Source: Spizellomyces punctatus DAOM BR117 (taxonomy: Eukaryota). Taken from it: a stretch of 64,000 nucleotides of DNA. How positions within the stretch are numbered: position 1 is the first letter of the stretch; each line of letters opens with the position of its first letter. Location of the stretch: NCBI GenBank assembly GCA_000182565.2, contig KQ257455.1. One strand, 5' to 3'. Positions 51,301 to 64,000 of the stretch are shown here, piece by piece. The notes under the pieces were generated by a model. That model saw only the letters and a list, made by a program, of their open reading frames with translations, was not told the origin of the DNA and searched no databases. The translations under genes were made by a program, and so were the position numbers.

Positions 51301-53756
51301 GCGTTCGTATCAGAATGACCTTCTTCATTTAATTCACAATCACTGATACTCCGTAACCGGATATCATTCACCTCCAAGCGGCTCGAATATCGCGTCGCTG
51401 TTGTAGTTGTTGTTGTCCTTGCTGTTCTTGACTTTTCCCTTTTGTCGCCCTCTCCCGTGTTACGCGAGCTCTGCAACAATACGTTCTCTATCCGCAGAGC
51501 CAGCGCATTTTTCGTATCCTCCCCAACGACAAGGCAGCGGATTGGAGCGGTGGCGATTTGCGAATAGATGCTTATTTCGAAGTTGGATGGCTGATTGGGA
51601 GTTGGGCCTGCACGTTTCTTGGGCATAGGAGGAAGCGTCATGATCATAGAGCTGAGAGACGCCATAAGGGTGAAATAGTCGATACACCCTCCACATGTCA
51701 ACCGCGAAAGATCCACTGTGGTTTCCCCAATTTTACCGTTCACGTTAACATGGAACCGTGGAATGCCTTGGTCGTTTCCGCCGGGAGGTACTAAGTGAAT
51801 AACCAGATGTATGTTACGCATCGCAAATAGTACATCACGCAGTTCCGGTGGTGTTTCGTTTATATCATCGTGGCTTCCGCGAGTCACTGCTATTCGTAGG
51901 CGTTCGATATTAAAGGATGTCTCAACAACTAGTGGAAGTTCCTGTCCTCCACGGGTCTCAGAACCCTTGTGTCCCTCTTCCATGGACGCTGGTTGGGCAA
52001 CAACCTTGATTTTCATCTGTATGTCGTTCAGGGCAATCGCCACGAAAGCAGTCTCATTAGAGGTGATTGAGGTTTGATAGCTGGTAATTTCGGTCACTAG
52101 CATGGGACGCGACACTTCCAGATCGGCAGTTGGACGAAAATGGCGAAGTAAACCTATCGAGATCCTGATTATCTTGGCAGTACTCGTCTTTTTTATTGTG
52201 GTTGTAGGAGGTTTGGAAGGAGTGTGCGTTCGTTCTCTTGAAAGCCAATAAAAGAGGCATAACAATTCATCGGAAAGGGCAATCCGGGGGGTATCAATGA
52301 AGCATTTCATTCCGATATCGAGCCAATAAGGCGGTTCCGTATTCTCTCTTATTCGCCGTGGTTTCATATCCGGTAAGGGGAACTGCAGGTCAAGGCAGAG
52401 TGCACGAATGAACAGCAAGTGCCAAGTCGGATGGTCCATATTCTTAAAGTGGAACAAGTCTACATAGATGCCGCTGACCGCAAGTTTCAAGATGATGCAA
52501 CGAGGATGGCCACTCTCATCCTGTAAATTACATGACAAGGATATGTTGCTGGCCGTGATGAGTAACGACGGAAAAACGTTCTCTCTCTGGTAATCACGAA
52601 GCCCGTCCGCTGCTGACGGGTTGAATGTGACGGAGGTTCTCGTACACACAACATGAACAGAGGGCTTAATATCGACCATTGCAGCCAGCTTCCATGGGAG
52701 ACTCGCCAGTTGAAGGATCGCAACCTTCACGTCCATGTCTTCCTGCTCATCTCGGCCCACTGGCCCCGACATATGCAGCTGATCAGAATCCAGTTTTTCG
52801 AGACCGTGCCTATGCCTCGAAGTTGGTATGCTTTCCGGGAGATCTTCTCCGTTTTGAACCTCGTCGTGCAGTCTTCGACCGATAGAATCAATAATCCGTC
52901 CCAAATCACTGGCTGACACGCAAATGCCATTGAGTCGTATTTCCAGGTGAGGACGCTCAATACGGCCCAGCACTGAAATATGCGCTAAGAAGCTGATCGT
53001 GCTGGTGCTATCCGCAACGAGAAGTTGAATCGGCACCTCGGTCGAAGGAGAATGTCCTGTTACGACAAAGGGTGATATAGTGAGGATACACGAGAAGTTC
53101 GGTGGTCGCACTTTTGGTTTTACGGCATCCGCCGGTTCTTCCCATCCATCAGAATCCAAAGCAAATTCAAGACTATCTTGGTGGTAACGTAGCATCTCTT
53201 CTCCGTCCTGTCGGTGGATCGAAACATCCAAATCATCGATACGGATGTCCACTATTTGAGAAAAGATGTGTATAAAACTATTTCGCAGCATTCGCCCCAA
53301 TTTATCCAGACTCTGTCGTAAAAGCTGAACTCGAGCATATCGAGAAGGCTGTGATCGTCCAGATATGACGGCCTGGTCGGTTGTGCACAAGATCACCTTT
53401 GGCGTCGTCACCCGGAGACTGATCCAGGAAGATCGCTTTTTAGTAGGTCGGTGAAATTCCACCCACAAAAGATCTACATGTAATTGCACCAGTTGTAGAC
53501 GACGATGCCCATTATTCTTCCCTCCCCGTTTGGCTCTAGCATGTCGAATAGATTCAGCGAGACTCTGTTCAAATCCTGCGAATTGGTGTGATGGTGCATA
53601 CGATACTCCAGACACAGATGTCAAGCTGATGCCCGCAACGCTAAAGCCAAACCGGTTCTTGATTTCCTTCAACACACGGCTCCACAATAGTTTGAAAAAT
53701 ACATAAGTCACAAAACCCAGGGCTATCGGTAGAATGAAATGCGGTAGTGCCGCCAT
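45301..53756 (-). CDS. FMP27: FMP27/Hobbit/KIAA0100 (BLTP2) bridge-like lipid transfer protein, multi-exon
   Basis: N-terminal TM anchor; DDPFESALSRNY.LG.EEQ..RLAR; IGWWDKLRL (GFWDK domain); DSFKGFRT; WPVW (WPPW domain); Apt1-type MPTLEFRNKTWTWLD. Confidence 0.92.
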
Positions 53757-54389
53757 GTTTGTGGGCAGACGATCCGAGGATTATCTTCTAAAATCAACAC
53801 TTAATGGGCTGTAACGTGGAGCCGGTCGCTCTGGCCTCGCAGTGGGAATTACTCACATGTCATAGAGCTTTCCGTTTCCCCCAACCCATTCAACTGCCAT
53901 CTCTCCAAATCTTGTAATCCCACGAATAGGTGCAGGTTGGAACTTCTTGCTTGGGGGGCTCAGCTTCGCGTCTTTGACGTGATAATCAACCGATCAGCTA
54001 TGGAACCCTTAATCCTTTGGTTTACACATCATTGCCTAGTCATTCCGAATAAACAAGAGTTGCAAAGGCTGGGGAGGGCAAGGTTAAGGAGCGAACATAT
54101 TCGCATTTGCCAACAACAAAAACATCCAAAAAATCTTGTAATTTGAAAGGACGGGGATGCAAAGTGAAGAATGACCAAGTGGGTAAATTCATTGGAGCAT
54201 CAACTATCAACAAGCTGACTGTTGTATAGGGGTCTATAGGGGTCAATGACAGCAAAAGTCATCTAAACAAGAATAAAGTTGAACCTTAAAATAGATTTGA
54301 TTTGTGGCTAGACCTTTTAACTTGAGCTTAAAAACCAAATCCCGGTCCCCAGGAATTTGACCGACAAAAAAGCCCTGGGCAATCAAGAA

Positions 54390-55415
54390 ATGTACCTCGT
54401 TGATGATCCCGCCTGTGTCTATGGCCCCGCAACAAATAGCTCAACGTTTGAGGGACCTATTGGGTCTTATCACGGAGCCTCTAGAGCTTGTAAAGGCGTC
54501 AACCTTCGCTGGCTCACCACTCTTATTCCATGTATAACGATCGCTACAAACATCGTCAACGCTTACTTTTCATATCACCTTCTGCTGGCCCGACGAAGGA
54601 CTAAATACAACGGACTGCTGTTTCTGCTCCCAATCGTGGCAATTTGTGGTTCAATCTTTGACTTGATGGCGGGAATAACTTACTTTCATATGTGGGGAAA
54701 TCCTGACGTGTCCCACCTCTCTAAAGTTTGCTACTTCCTTGGCAGCTTTATGATTGCGTGGGTGCAAGAGTTTCGCATGGATTTCCTCCTTGTAGCGTAT
54801 GGGAGACCCAGGTCCTTTGCGCGAAAGGCAGTGATTGCCAACACTCTTATCGGCATTGTGCTCGCTGCGCTGACCCTCGCCTCTTGGTTTCTCGGAAGGT
54901 ACGGACGAGCCGTCCCTTTCGGCTACGGACTACCGTAAGTAGATATTGGGTTAACAGGAATTAATGGTGGCTAAGGATATCACTCTCTGATTTTCAGCTA
55001 TGCGATTTGGTTGGCTTGGGTCACAGCAATTGATTGCCTATTATCAGTAGCTTTGCTACGCATGTCGTACCAGCAAACGGCCTTGCTGAGATCGTATGAT
55101 AAGTTAACGATATCTGAAGTCCAAACCTTTGCGCATCGTTTCAAGATTGCCGCCGTGGCTCAACTGCTGGTCATCGTCATTGCGACTGTGTTCTTTCAGT
55201 TTTCGTCTGGGAACAATACGATGGGTTATAGTTTGGGGATGTTGACCACATTAAGTGTTCCAGCGCAGATATCGGTTATCATCTATTCAATATGGACTTT
55301 ACAATCCATGGAACGTGCTCGAACTGGTGCTCCTCGTGTGAACCCATCAACGAAGCGGTCACTGCAATTTCTGAACGTGACCGATTCCGCAAGGACGGCC
55401 ACCAGGACGACGTAG
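54390..55415 (+). CDS. Orphan seven-transmembrane (GPCR-like) protein, 2 exons
   Basis: Intron GTAAGT...TTTCAG joins the two ORFs in frame (GLP-YAIW); seven hydrophobic segments; N-terminal NSS sequon and Cys pair. Confidence 0.7.
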
Positions 55416-55680
55416 GATGCCTTGTTTGCTCACAAGTAACGCGCAGTGAGTGGTTGGGAGGCACGTGACCAAGCGTTTCGTCGTCGTCGTCGTGCTTTTT
55501 AAGAGCGTTGGCCGACGTTGTTGAAAAGGAGAACGTTGCCAGATGGGTAATGAAAGGAACGCTGCTGAGGGCTTTGGTTTGTAGAGATCTCGGGCTGGAG
55601 CAGGACATGCGAACGGCGATGGGCCACCAAATAGTGCAGTGTACTATGCATCTAATACCTTCATAATAGTTGATAATTAT

Positions 55681-56260
55681 TTAATAGCTATTCGCATCTA
55701 GTATTGTAGAGGCTTTCTGCCATATAGTTTCACCCCAACATTGCTGTGTATCTTTATCCATTCTGCATTTTCGATGCATGCACTCGGTTGGGGTAATGCC
55801 AGTATCACGTGATGCACCTTCCATCTCGCCCCAACAGTCTTCTCCTGGTTTCCCCTCGTTGCGGCCTTGCGAAAGACAACCTCGATAATGCAGCAGGATT
55901 GTTGCGTCTTGTAGGTATGTATGGAGTGCGTTCAGAGTAGCGCATGGTTCAATGCGGTCATAATAGCTTTCGCCTAACCTGCCGGCTATCGCCTTACTTA
56001 GGAACAGGATGAGTGGACTGTAGTCAAATAACAGATTCAATCAAACAATCTAGACCGAACTTACTCGAGAGAAGAGTTTGGCTGGTACAACGTGCCAACC
56101 GGGAGTAACCATTCTGGGTTATCTGGTGTGGTAGCAGGGGGCGCGGACGATCTAAGGTAAAGGACGTACAATTCAACTACTATCGAATACATTCTTGGGC
56201 AGTTCAGTCTGTAGCCAGTATGACCATAGTGGGCCGAGTTCGTTGTAACTACCAACTTCA
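55681..56260 (-). pseudogene. Possible decayed HNH endonuclease (HNH_2/Crinkler-type) gene
   Basis: TRRRLLGRDGRCI, then frameshifted TGITPTECMH, resembling R.RDGRCVITG..E.AHI; upstream PDNPEWLLPVGT. Confidence 0.35.
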
Positions 56261-56371
56261 TAAAGACATGAGCCGCAAATATACCTGAAACCACCCGTGA
56301 ATCGCGAATAGTCTCGACGACTGTGCTCACCCGCATCTGTTTTCTTTCCGTACTATGATAGGAGAGCGAAT

Positions 56372-59300
56372 ATGACAACGGCGCTTACCAAAACTATTTT
56401 GGCTACGCCAGAGACAGACCTCGACCATGTTCACTCATCCATCTCTTCATCTGCTGTCGGTCCTGGGTCCAGATTACGCGGTTCGTTAGTCCATCGTAAG
56501 GTTCTACAGTCCTCCTCTGGCGACACGGCCGTGCAGACGTCCACTGCGGGGCGTAGGGTGTCACGCTTACGAGCAGAGAGAGGAACTACGGTAGATTCAG
56601 AAGGGTCAAATGATGCATCTACATCCTCTTCCGTGTCTTGTGGGCGTAGACGGTTGGAATTTGTGGACCTCTCCGATTATGATGATGTCCTCTGTGACAT
56701 TCTTTTGGACTCGGTCTATCTAGGTTTCCGCACTCACAAGATGAACGGGGAATACTACGGGGTCCCTGAGCAGGGTCACGCACGTCTATCTAAATCCGGC
56801 TCAGAGGGTCAGAGGCAACGGCCTGCTGGGATTGATCGCACTCGGATTGATAGTGACGCCTTGGCAGCTGTAGTTGTGGATATTGTTAGGGACCAGATTC
56901 TTGAGAATAAAAGCATCGATAGTGCCTCTACAGCGCTAATGAAGTGCCTGATCGGACCGGCCTCTATCAAATGGTATGCTGGCTCAATGGTGTGGCCCAT
57001 ACCCTTATCATTATTATTCATTTTAATCTCCTTTCCAAAGTGACGGGGCGCCATCCTCCGTCATTAAACGGTCTTTTCAAGCTTTTCGGCCTTTTTTTGA
57101 AGGTAGATCTAGAGACCAGCTAGAAGACTTCCGAGAGTGAGAATGACAGTCTTTGTTTGGTTCTGAAAACGACCAAAAGCTGACGTTGAATAATACTTGC
57201 AGTCATGCAAAGCGGTATTTGGGCATGTATCATCCTGCTGCTGGTTACGAGATTGCGCAGACATCCCGGTATAAGTCATCGGGCAAAGTTGAAGCATGCA
57301 TTATAGCTACACGAGAATTCAATGCTGGAGATCAAATCCCACATTGCACTGGTGTTATCGCTGAGCTGGATGAGGATGACGAAGAGTACCTCGTGAACAG
57401 AGACTTTAGCGTCATGTTTTCAACAAAGAAGGATTGCATGTGTCTGTTCCTTGGGCCAGCACGATTCGTGAATCATGATTGCGATCCAAACTGCAAGGTA
57501 AATATGTAGAGATCAGAACTGAATGTGAATTTTACTGGGTTGATAACTGGTGATTTTGAACGTCCAGTTCATTTTGCTTAATGAGCGTGCCAATCTCATT
57601 TGCTTCAAAGTGCTGAGGGACATAAAAGTAGGCGAGGAATTAACGACATTCTACGGAAGTAACTACTTTGGAGAAGATAATAAGGAATGTTTATGTGAAA
57701 CATGCGAAAGGTACTTGGACACGAAACAGCTCTTGATAGGAACATCTTCTTATCCGGATGGTAAATAGACTTCAAAAAGGGGGATTCACACCAGCTGATT
57801 CACTGTCAGGCGTCCTTGGTGACGATGAATACGAGAAGCCCATAGTGGCTAAGCTCCGAAGGAATCAAGCCCGTACCCAAACCTGGTCCTATTATCGGAA
57901 TGTTTTCGCGGGTATTGATTTTGGCGATAAAGGCAATGGCAGTGATGTGGACATGGATGGTTCTGCTAAATGTGGCACCTGTGGTGGTGAGCTTACGGAG
58001 GACGATCTAGCTGCCCCTCATTTTCGTACGTCGAAGAATGCACCCACAGGCGCGAAAACGTTGGGTAGTAAAGAATGCCAGCGTTGCGTTCGTCATATGA
58101 GAATCTTTGGGGTGAAGTGGCCCACCCGAAAGACAAAGAAGGGGCGACTGCCGAATCTCTTAACGAACATGATCGAAAAGGTGCACATCCTACTCCGATT
58201 GAAGCTATCCTTGAATCCATTCTAATTCGTATTCTACGACGTAGAGCACTGGAATAAATCCAAGATCAGGCTCCCGAAGGAAGTCAAGTGGCACCCCAGC
58301 TACCTCACGAATCTCTGGAAAGCTACCCTCTCAGGCAATCGAAGGAAGAGGTCGGTCTCGATCACGATCAGTCATGACGTCTGAGGATAGTGATGGCCAA
58401 AAAGAACGCCGCTCGACTTCGGTTAGCCTAAACTCGTCAAGATTGCAAGCTGTCGAAGCGGCTGGTATGGACTGTTTCTCAGAGTGTTCGATAACATTTC
58501 TTCACACATTACTTTCATAGACGGTCTGAGAGACGATTTGGGGTCTGATATCCTCGATAGCATCCGTAGGGCGAGACGTACCAAGCGACAAGAGGGAAAA
58601 TATTTCGAAATGCTCCATGGACCAGAAACCAAAGTATGAAATTGTCTAGACTAAATTTGCACCTTAACATATTTCTCACAAGTCTGTACTTTTAGCGCAA
58701 GCGCGATGCCGCCATCCAAAAGCGGGAAGAAGTCGCAAAAGTACCCGGAAAACTTGTGCCAGACCGTGGGTGTTCCCTTCAAGTGCAGACTTCCCCATCG
58801 TTTTGCAGGTATTCACAGAAAATGGTTGCTTTTTCCTAGTCGATCAAGTACATGCTGTCTTCGTCTATCCGGACGATGCCGCTTACCCGTATTGGTGGCC
58901 AGCAATGGTGAGGTGCAGATGATCAGCTTCGTTATCATGAAACTAGCACTCATCGGATGCTTTACACCTCTAGGTGGTGCCGATTTCGGAGATCGATGAG
59001 AGCATGCCAGAGGTCGAGCGACCGAACCAGAGGATTGTTTCATACTTCGAGAACCATTCGTTGTAAGTCCGCGTGAGTTAAATGTGCAATATGGCCGATC
59101 TTCCTTTACAACTTCGACGATACAGTTCAGCGGTGGATCCGCAAGAAATACGCTTGTTCATCCCAGATGAGGAGCCATATCTCACGTTTTCAAAAATCCC
59201 CGGATTTGGTAATGACAAGGCGGTGAAAAAAGCGTTAAGATTCATCGAAACTGGAACGTGCAAAGGATGGCACTGGAAAAAATGGGGTCTCAGCGCAAAG

Positions 59301-62300
59301 CTGAAAACCGATGATGCCAACGGGAAAAAGCGATCTGGAAAGGTTCGGTCAAGGGGATGCCCAATTCCTTGCCCTTTCACTAATGATGGAACTTCCACTC
59401 ACTCCAGAGCGTGAGGAAAAGTGATCCTGGGTCCCTCCGTCGAGCAGTGCATAATAGCCGAGAATACTCTGAAGGTCCAGCTGCACTGATTTCTGGTTCC
59501 GAGAGTGAGGCTAGAATATCTAGACGGCGGCGAGGAGGACGTGCAGCAGAGACATCCGGAAAGAGTGCGTGTTGAAGTTTAATTCTTCTTTTTGTGGATC
59601 CCGTTTTGAAATGTCCAGGTTCTATCCTGCAGATAAGAGTGCATCCGCTACTCCACCTGAACTTGAATCTGTGGATCAGGCCCAAGACAATGTGTCTGAC
59701 GGCCCTCTGCCCGTCTTGCGAACCGTTCCGCGACGCTTGCGGTCGTCATTGCAGATGGGTGCGAGCAATCATGGCAGAATCTCTGACGTCGCATCCATAG
59801 ATGGTGGGGACTTTCATGGTGAGGAGCTGGTTGACGTGGAAGGCATTTCCGACAGTGCAACTCCTGCCGATGAAGAACATGCGACATTCGAATCGGCCGA
59901 TGTGTCTGCGTCTGGGCTTATTATTTCAGACGTTGCCAGGGATACGATTTCTGCCGAACAAACTGGTTCATCCTTCATAGCAGAAAACAAAGCGCTATGC
60001 ACCGTTTCGCCGTCAAAACAATCAGACGGCTTGTTCCCTGAGACCCTTTCTTCAGACGAGGAAGAGGAAGAAGATGAAGTGGTTCTAGTTCATGTAAAAA
60101 CATTATCACAACGATGGGACGGTCTAGCGGCGCGTGGTCGATTCAGGGACGTCATGAATTCCCCCTTCACTCAATTTGCGCCGATCTTGGCGAAGCATGC
60201 CAGCCGGCGCCCTGCGCGTGTGTCAACTGCACAAACACTGGAACCAAGTCAGCCAGTGGATGAGAGTACTATGCTGACTGCCGCTGGAAGGCAGGTTCTT
60301 CCGAATGTTTTGCGACGGTTGACATTGCATGACCATGACAATAAGGGTCCTGGTGGTGACGATGTCCTATCTACATTTACCGTCTACCAATCTAGAAAGC
60401 CGGCTGTCGCTACCGAGAGTTGTCCGGTGAGGAATTCACCAGAAGGACGCTTTGCCCTGCAAAAGGATGGGAACGATGGAGATGTTCCTTGTTCTGGTGA
60501 TATGGCACTTGCTCACAATATCCGTTGTACACAATCCCGACCATTTCAAATCGATCAATTATCAACGTCCTCTCAGTATATGACCGAGCGCACATCAAGT
60601 CAAAACCAGCCATGTTATCGAAGAGGAGACTGGGTGATAGCAGAGATAGACGTCAAGTGGTACGTGGCGCGAATCGTTGATATTGCTGTCAACGATGAGT
60701 CCTATCTGCTGCACTTTTGGGGCAAGCCAGTTAGGTAAGTTATCGCAGATCCCTTATATCAATCACGGCTATTGTAAATATATGTTTCCGTACAAACAGC
60801 GCTGAGAAATGGGTAAGCTCTCTCTTCATGCGCCCGTTGAAAGAGCGAGTTGTAGCAAAAATGCAACCAGAATGCGCAGATGGTAACGTAACGCACGGCC
60901 CTCCTGTAACTTTGCTGGCCCTTTTAACACAAAATTGCGGCATAGGGTTTCAGACGTGCCAGGTGGAGCAAGAGCTCGATCGGATTTGGGACAGCATGTC
61001 GTCCGCAGGTACGTCTCAACCTTTCTTCAGTCTCGTTGCATTGTCTCATACATGTGTCAGTACCGGCTAGCGGTTGTGATAGAGGACTGATCAATGTCAG
61101 TACTGGAAGTAGCGGCAAACAGCGGTCTCGTTTCTGCGACGGTACATTAGTCAGTCCACAGCAATCTGGTCGAAACGACTCTGATGGACCTCACCGCGAT
61201 TTGACAAAATGCTCAGGAAGACAGGAGAGTCTCGATCGAAAATTGAAAAACATTACAGCTGCCGACGTTTTATGGACTCGCGGTGATTATGGGTTTGCGA
61301 AGAATCCCCGGAACAGAGCCATACGCTGGCGTCCAAGTACGGCATATGCACAATACCTACGAAAATGGCAGCAGAGACCGGAAAAGGCCTCGAGTGATTC
61401 AGAGGATGAAGATGTTCGGTTTACACAAACTCGTTCAAACCAATATCGTTGTCGTTCACGGAGCGTCAGTTCGGCGTCTGACGATGGGCGGTGTGCACGA
61501 TCGAAGCGCTTGAGGCATTCTTCTAGAGAACAATATGGTAACTCATCCATACCCGGCAAATCCCAAGGCAGAACTGCTGATGAATCACCTTATGTTATTC
61601 CACCAACGTGCCTTCAAGGCGGAGTACAACGTAAGCGATTTTAGCCAGACGCCCTTCTTATCTGTACCTGGATTTGACCCGAGCTCTCCTACAGCGAGAG
61701 ATAAAGCACGAATTTGCAGATTCTATTCCGGTCATCCAAAATCCTGTAAATATGGAGAGCGCTGCTGGTATGATCCTTTGGTCCGTCAGCTGGTGTGACA
61801 GGCAGCGGCTAATGAAGCACTTTGGTCACGTCACAGGAATCGTCATCTGGAGCCCAATGACTCGATCAATCCTGGGACTCATCATAGGATGTCTTCTGGT
61901 AGAGCACAAGAAGATCTAATGGAATCCGATTCGGCGGTACTGAATATCGAGGCGTGCTTTCCTCTATCCCATGGAACTGAACCAAATACCCCGTCAAGAC
62001 TATCTAAATTGACTGCTGTCAATGTCGCGGATGCACCAGCTGCATTTCCGGTGGCGCTTTTGATTCCCGAATGCACCGACGTTATAGACCCTAGGACATC
62101 CACCGCATTCGGTCCGGGGTATGTACCCAATCCAGGACCGATTGCAGTGCAGAACGGCAACATTTCAGCATGCAACGACTCACCGATCAAAGAGGACCGA
62201 TATGAGAAGAACAAGCAGGTTTTTTACCAAGCGGTACCTGAGATAGACCCGGATCAAGAGGTGTCTACATACCTCACTCAGGTACCGGAAGCTCCCACAG

Positions 62301-63469
62301 AGGTAGAGATCCATAATCCTGGAAACCACAATACGTGTGTTCCTTTCACCACCACCGCTCTCAATGAGCATCATGACGACAAAGCGACCCGACCCGCATC
62401 GTCACATTTGCCTGGAGAACTCGCGATGAATTCGGGCAAGCAATGTGATACTGGCAGTTGGACGGTAGCGCTAGACGCTTCACTCCGGTTGCCCCAGGAT
62501 GCATATATTGAGTCAAGCAAACTCGCGAATATTCCTTGTCAGATATCTGGAAGAGATCCGACGGGGTCATCACCTCTTCACGCCGGGCCGTGGAGCGCAT
62601 ACACTTCGTCGCACAGTAATACTTTGACGGTAGGAGCTCCTCGTGAGTCCGTATCGTTCTGTACGCCTTGTACACCACCTGGAACACGTCCCATTCTACT
62701 TCCCGACCGCAAACGAGCAAATAGTACGAAATCCTCGATCCCGAGAGCAGTAGTAGGGTCTCCCACCCCGGTGCGATATCATGGGATATCTTATTCTGTT
62801 CCTCCACGACTGCAGCTACCTCATGATTACATGGACGTTTCTGGTGGCCAGCTAGAACATCGCCGCAAATCATCAGAGACTGGCTGTGGAGGCGGACACA
62901 AGCGTCGAAAAACAGAGGTCTACCTTGAGGAACTATCCTTTGCCACCCTTCCGTCACCGCGTACCGATACTCCGTCCATCAGACACAAAAAAGCCATTAT
63001 TCAAATCAACTGTGAATCAGCGTTATTTAGTCCTGTCGAAGCCCCGATCTCGTCCATGGTGCACGACGCAAGTGAGTCGAAACTTGATTTCTTAACGCGG
63101 GACCAGGAGCTCAAGTTGTTGGATTCACCGGGGCGGATGTGCTATAGGGGGATGACAAGACGTCAAATTGACACGCCAATGGAAGATGATGACGCCTCCA
63201 CTAGCAGGAAGACCATAGGAGCTTTGCCGAATCTGACATCGCAGAGTGATGGGAACGACCCGGACGTACCGGAAGACAATGTGGCATTGTCAAGCAAGAT
63301 GGATGCTAATGTCGCAGATACCAGGGACACAGTGAACGCACATACGCCCTCCCAATCTGTATTGCATGGAGATCACCGTGGTAGTGTCCGTCGAAAGCGT
63401 GGTAGCACCTTGGAAATTGTCATTGATGTGTCGGATCGGCCAAAGCATTATACAAGAGCTTTAGTATAG
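56372..63469 (+). CDS. SET9: Histone H4K20 methyltransferase Set9/KMT5 with PWWP, Tudor-knot-like and CCCH domains, many exons
   Basis: [77 protein letters not shown]. Downstream exons splice in frame through to TAG 63469. Confidence 0.85.
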
Positions 63470-64000
63470 AGTTGTGTGCACCTGGTGGTTTTTTGCTGCA
63501 CGTCCGGAGATGATTGTAAATAACCTGTAAGACTAATATTTATGTAAAAAGAACAAGTAAATTCTAATTCCTTTAAGCAATATTTTCGCTGTTTTTATAG
63601 GTGGGTAACGAGAGAGAGAGTGTGTGTGTACTACAATTCCCGGTTACTACAAAAAAAGAAACTCAAAAGAAGCTACCCTTAACCCTAAATCTAAATTCCT
63701 AAAAACTTACTACTAAATCTACGAATGAAATGGGAGGTAATGATCATGTTTTTTTAATGGAAGCAGGTATTGCGCAAGCCTATAAAAAAACAAAGGAGGA
63801 GGGGCATGAGCTTCTTGGACACACCAAGAACAAAACTACTTTTTTTCTTGCCAAAACTTACTCTGTTCGTGCACAGGCATCTCATGCTTCTTGAAAGTAT
63901 TCAATTCCTCCCTAATCTGCACTTTCATCTGTGGTGTCAACTTTCTGAACGTGGCATTTCCGTCCGGTTTCCTATTATACTCGCTCTTCCTAAAGGTCGG

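Noticed and set aside
54390-55415. Opsin/rhodopsin identity for the 7TM protein
   Set aside because: No retinal-binding Lys in the seventh helix.
63670-63720. Telomere-like CCCTTAACCCTAAATCTAAA
   Set aside because: Only one or two degenerate units in AT-rich DNA; not an array.

Overview
Eukaryotic, gene-dense fungal genomic DNA with many short (~50-80 nt) GT-AG introns. A Zn(II)2Cys6 protein (fungal hallmark) together with a flagellar EFCAB10-like gene points to a zoosporic fungus (chytrid; inference). I can reconstruct about 28 protein-coding genes: GDA1-like apyrase (3' end), LEO1, 5-formyl-THF cyclo-ligase, a Zn2Cys6+Rrn10-like protein, RPL10, URM1, nucleoside hydrolase, EFCAB10, MEMO1, PEX39-like, RIB5, GMPPA-type GDP-mannose pyrophosphorylase, two WD40 proteins, REEP/HVA22, NOP10, an Angel/CCR4-type EEP nuclease, an orphan membrane protein, a large mitochondrial PPR protein, an ACSF3-like acyl-CoA synthetase, PLPBP, KCS1, RUS1/DUF647, an orphan repeat protein, FMP27/Hobbit (BLTP2), an orphan 7TM protein and a Set9/KMT5 methyltransferase. 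Best candidates for novelty: (1) Set9 apparently spliced into one ~7 kb gene that also encodes PWWP, Tudor-knot/chromo-barrel and CCCH domains; (2) a Zn-cluster fused to an Rrn10-like Pol I UAF motif; (3) a 3-nt microexon supplying the Tyr of the PLPBP GENY motif; (4) an orphan 7TM receptor-like gene; (5) several decayed relics and a T/A-tract-bounded insertion. Exon structures and family calls come from manual reading and motif recognition, with no database search. There is one assembly gap (1697-1985).
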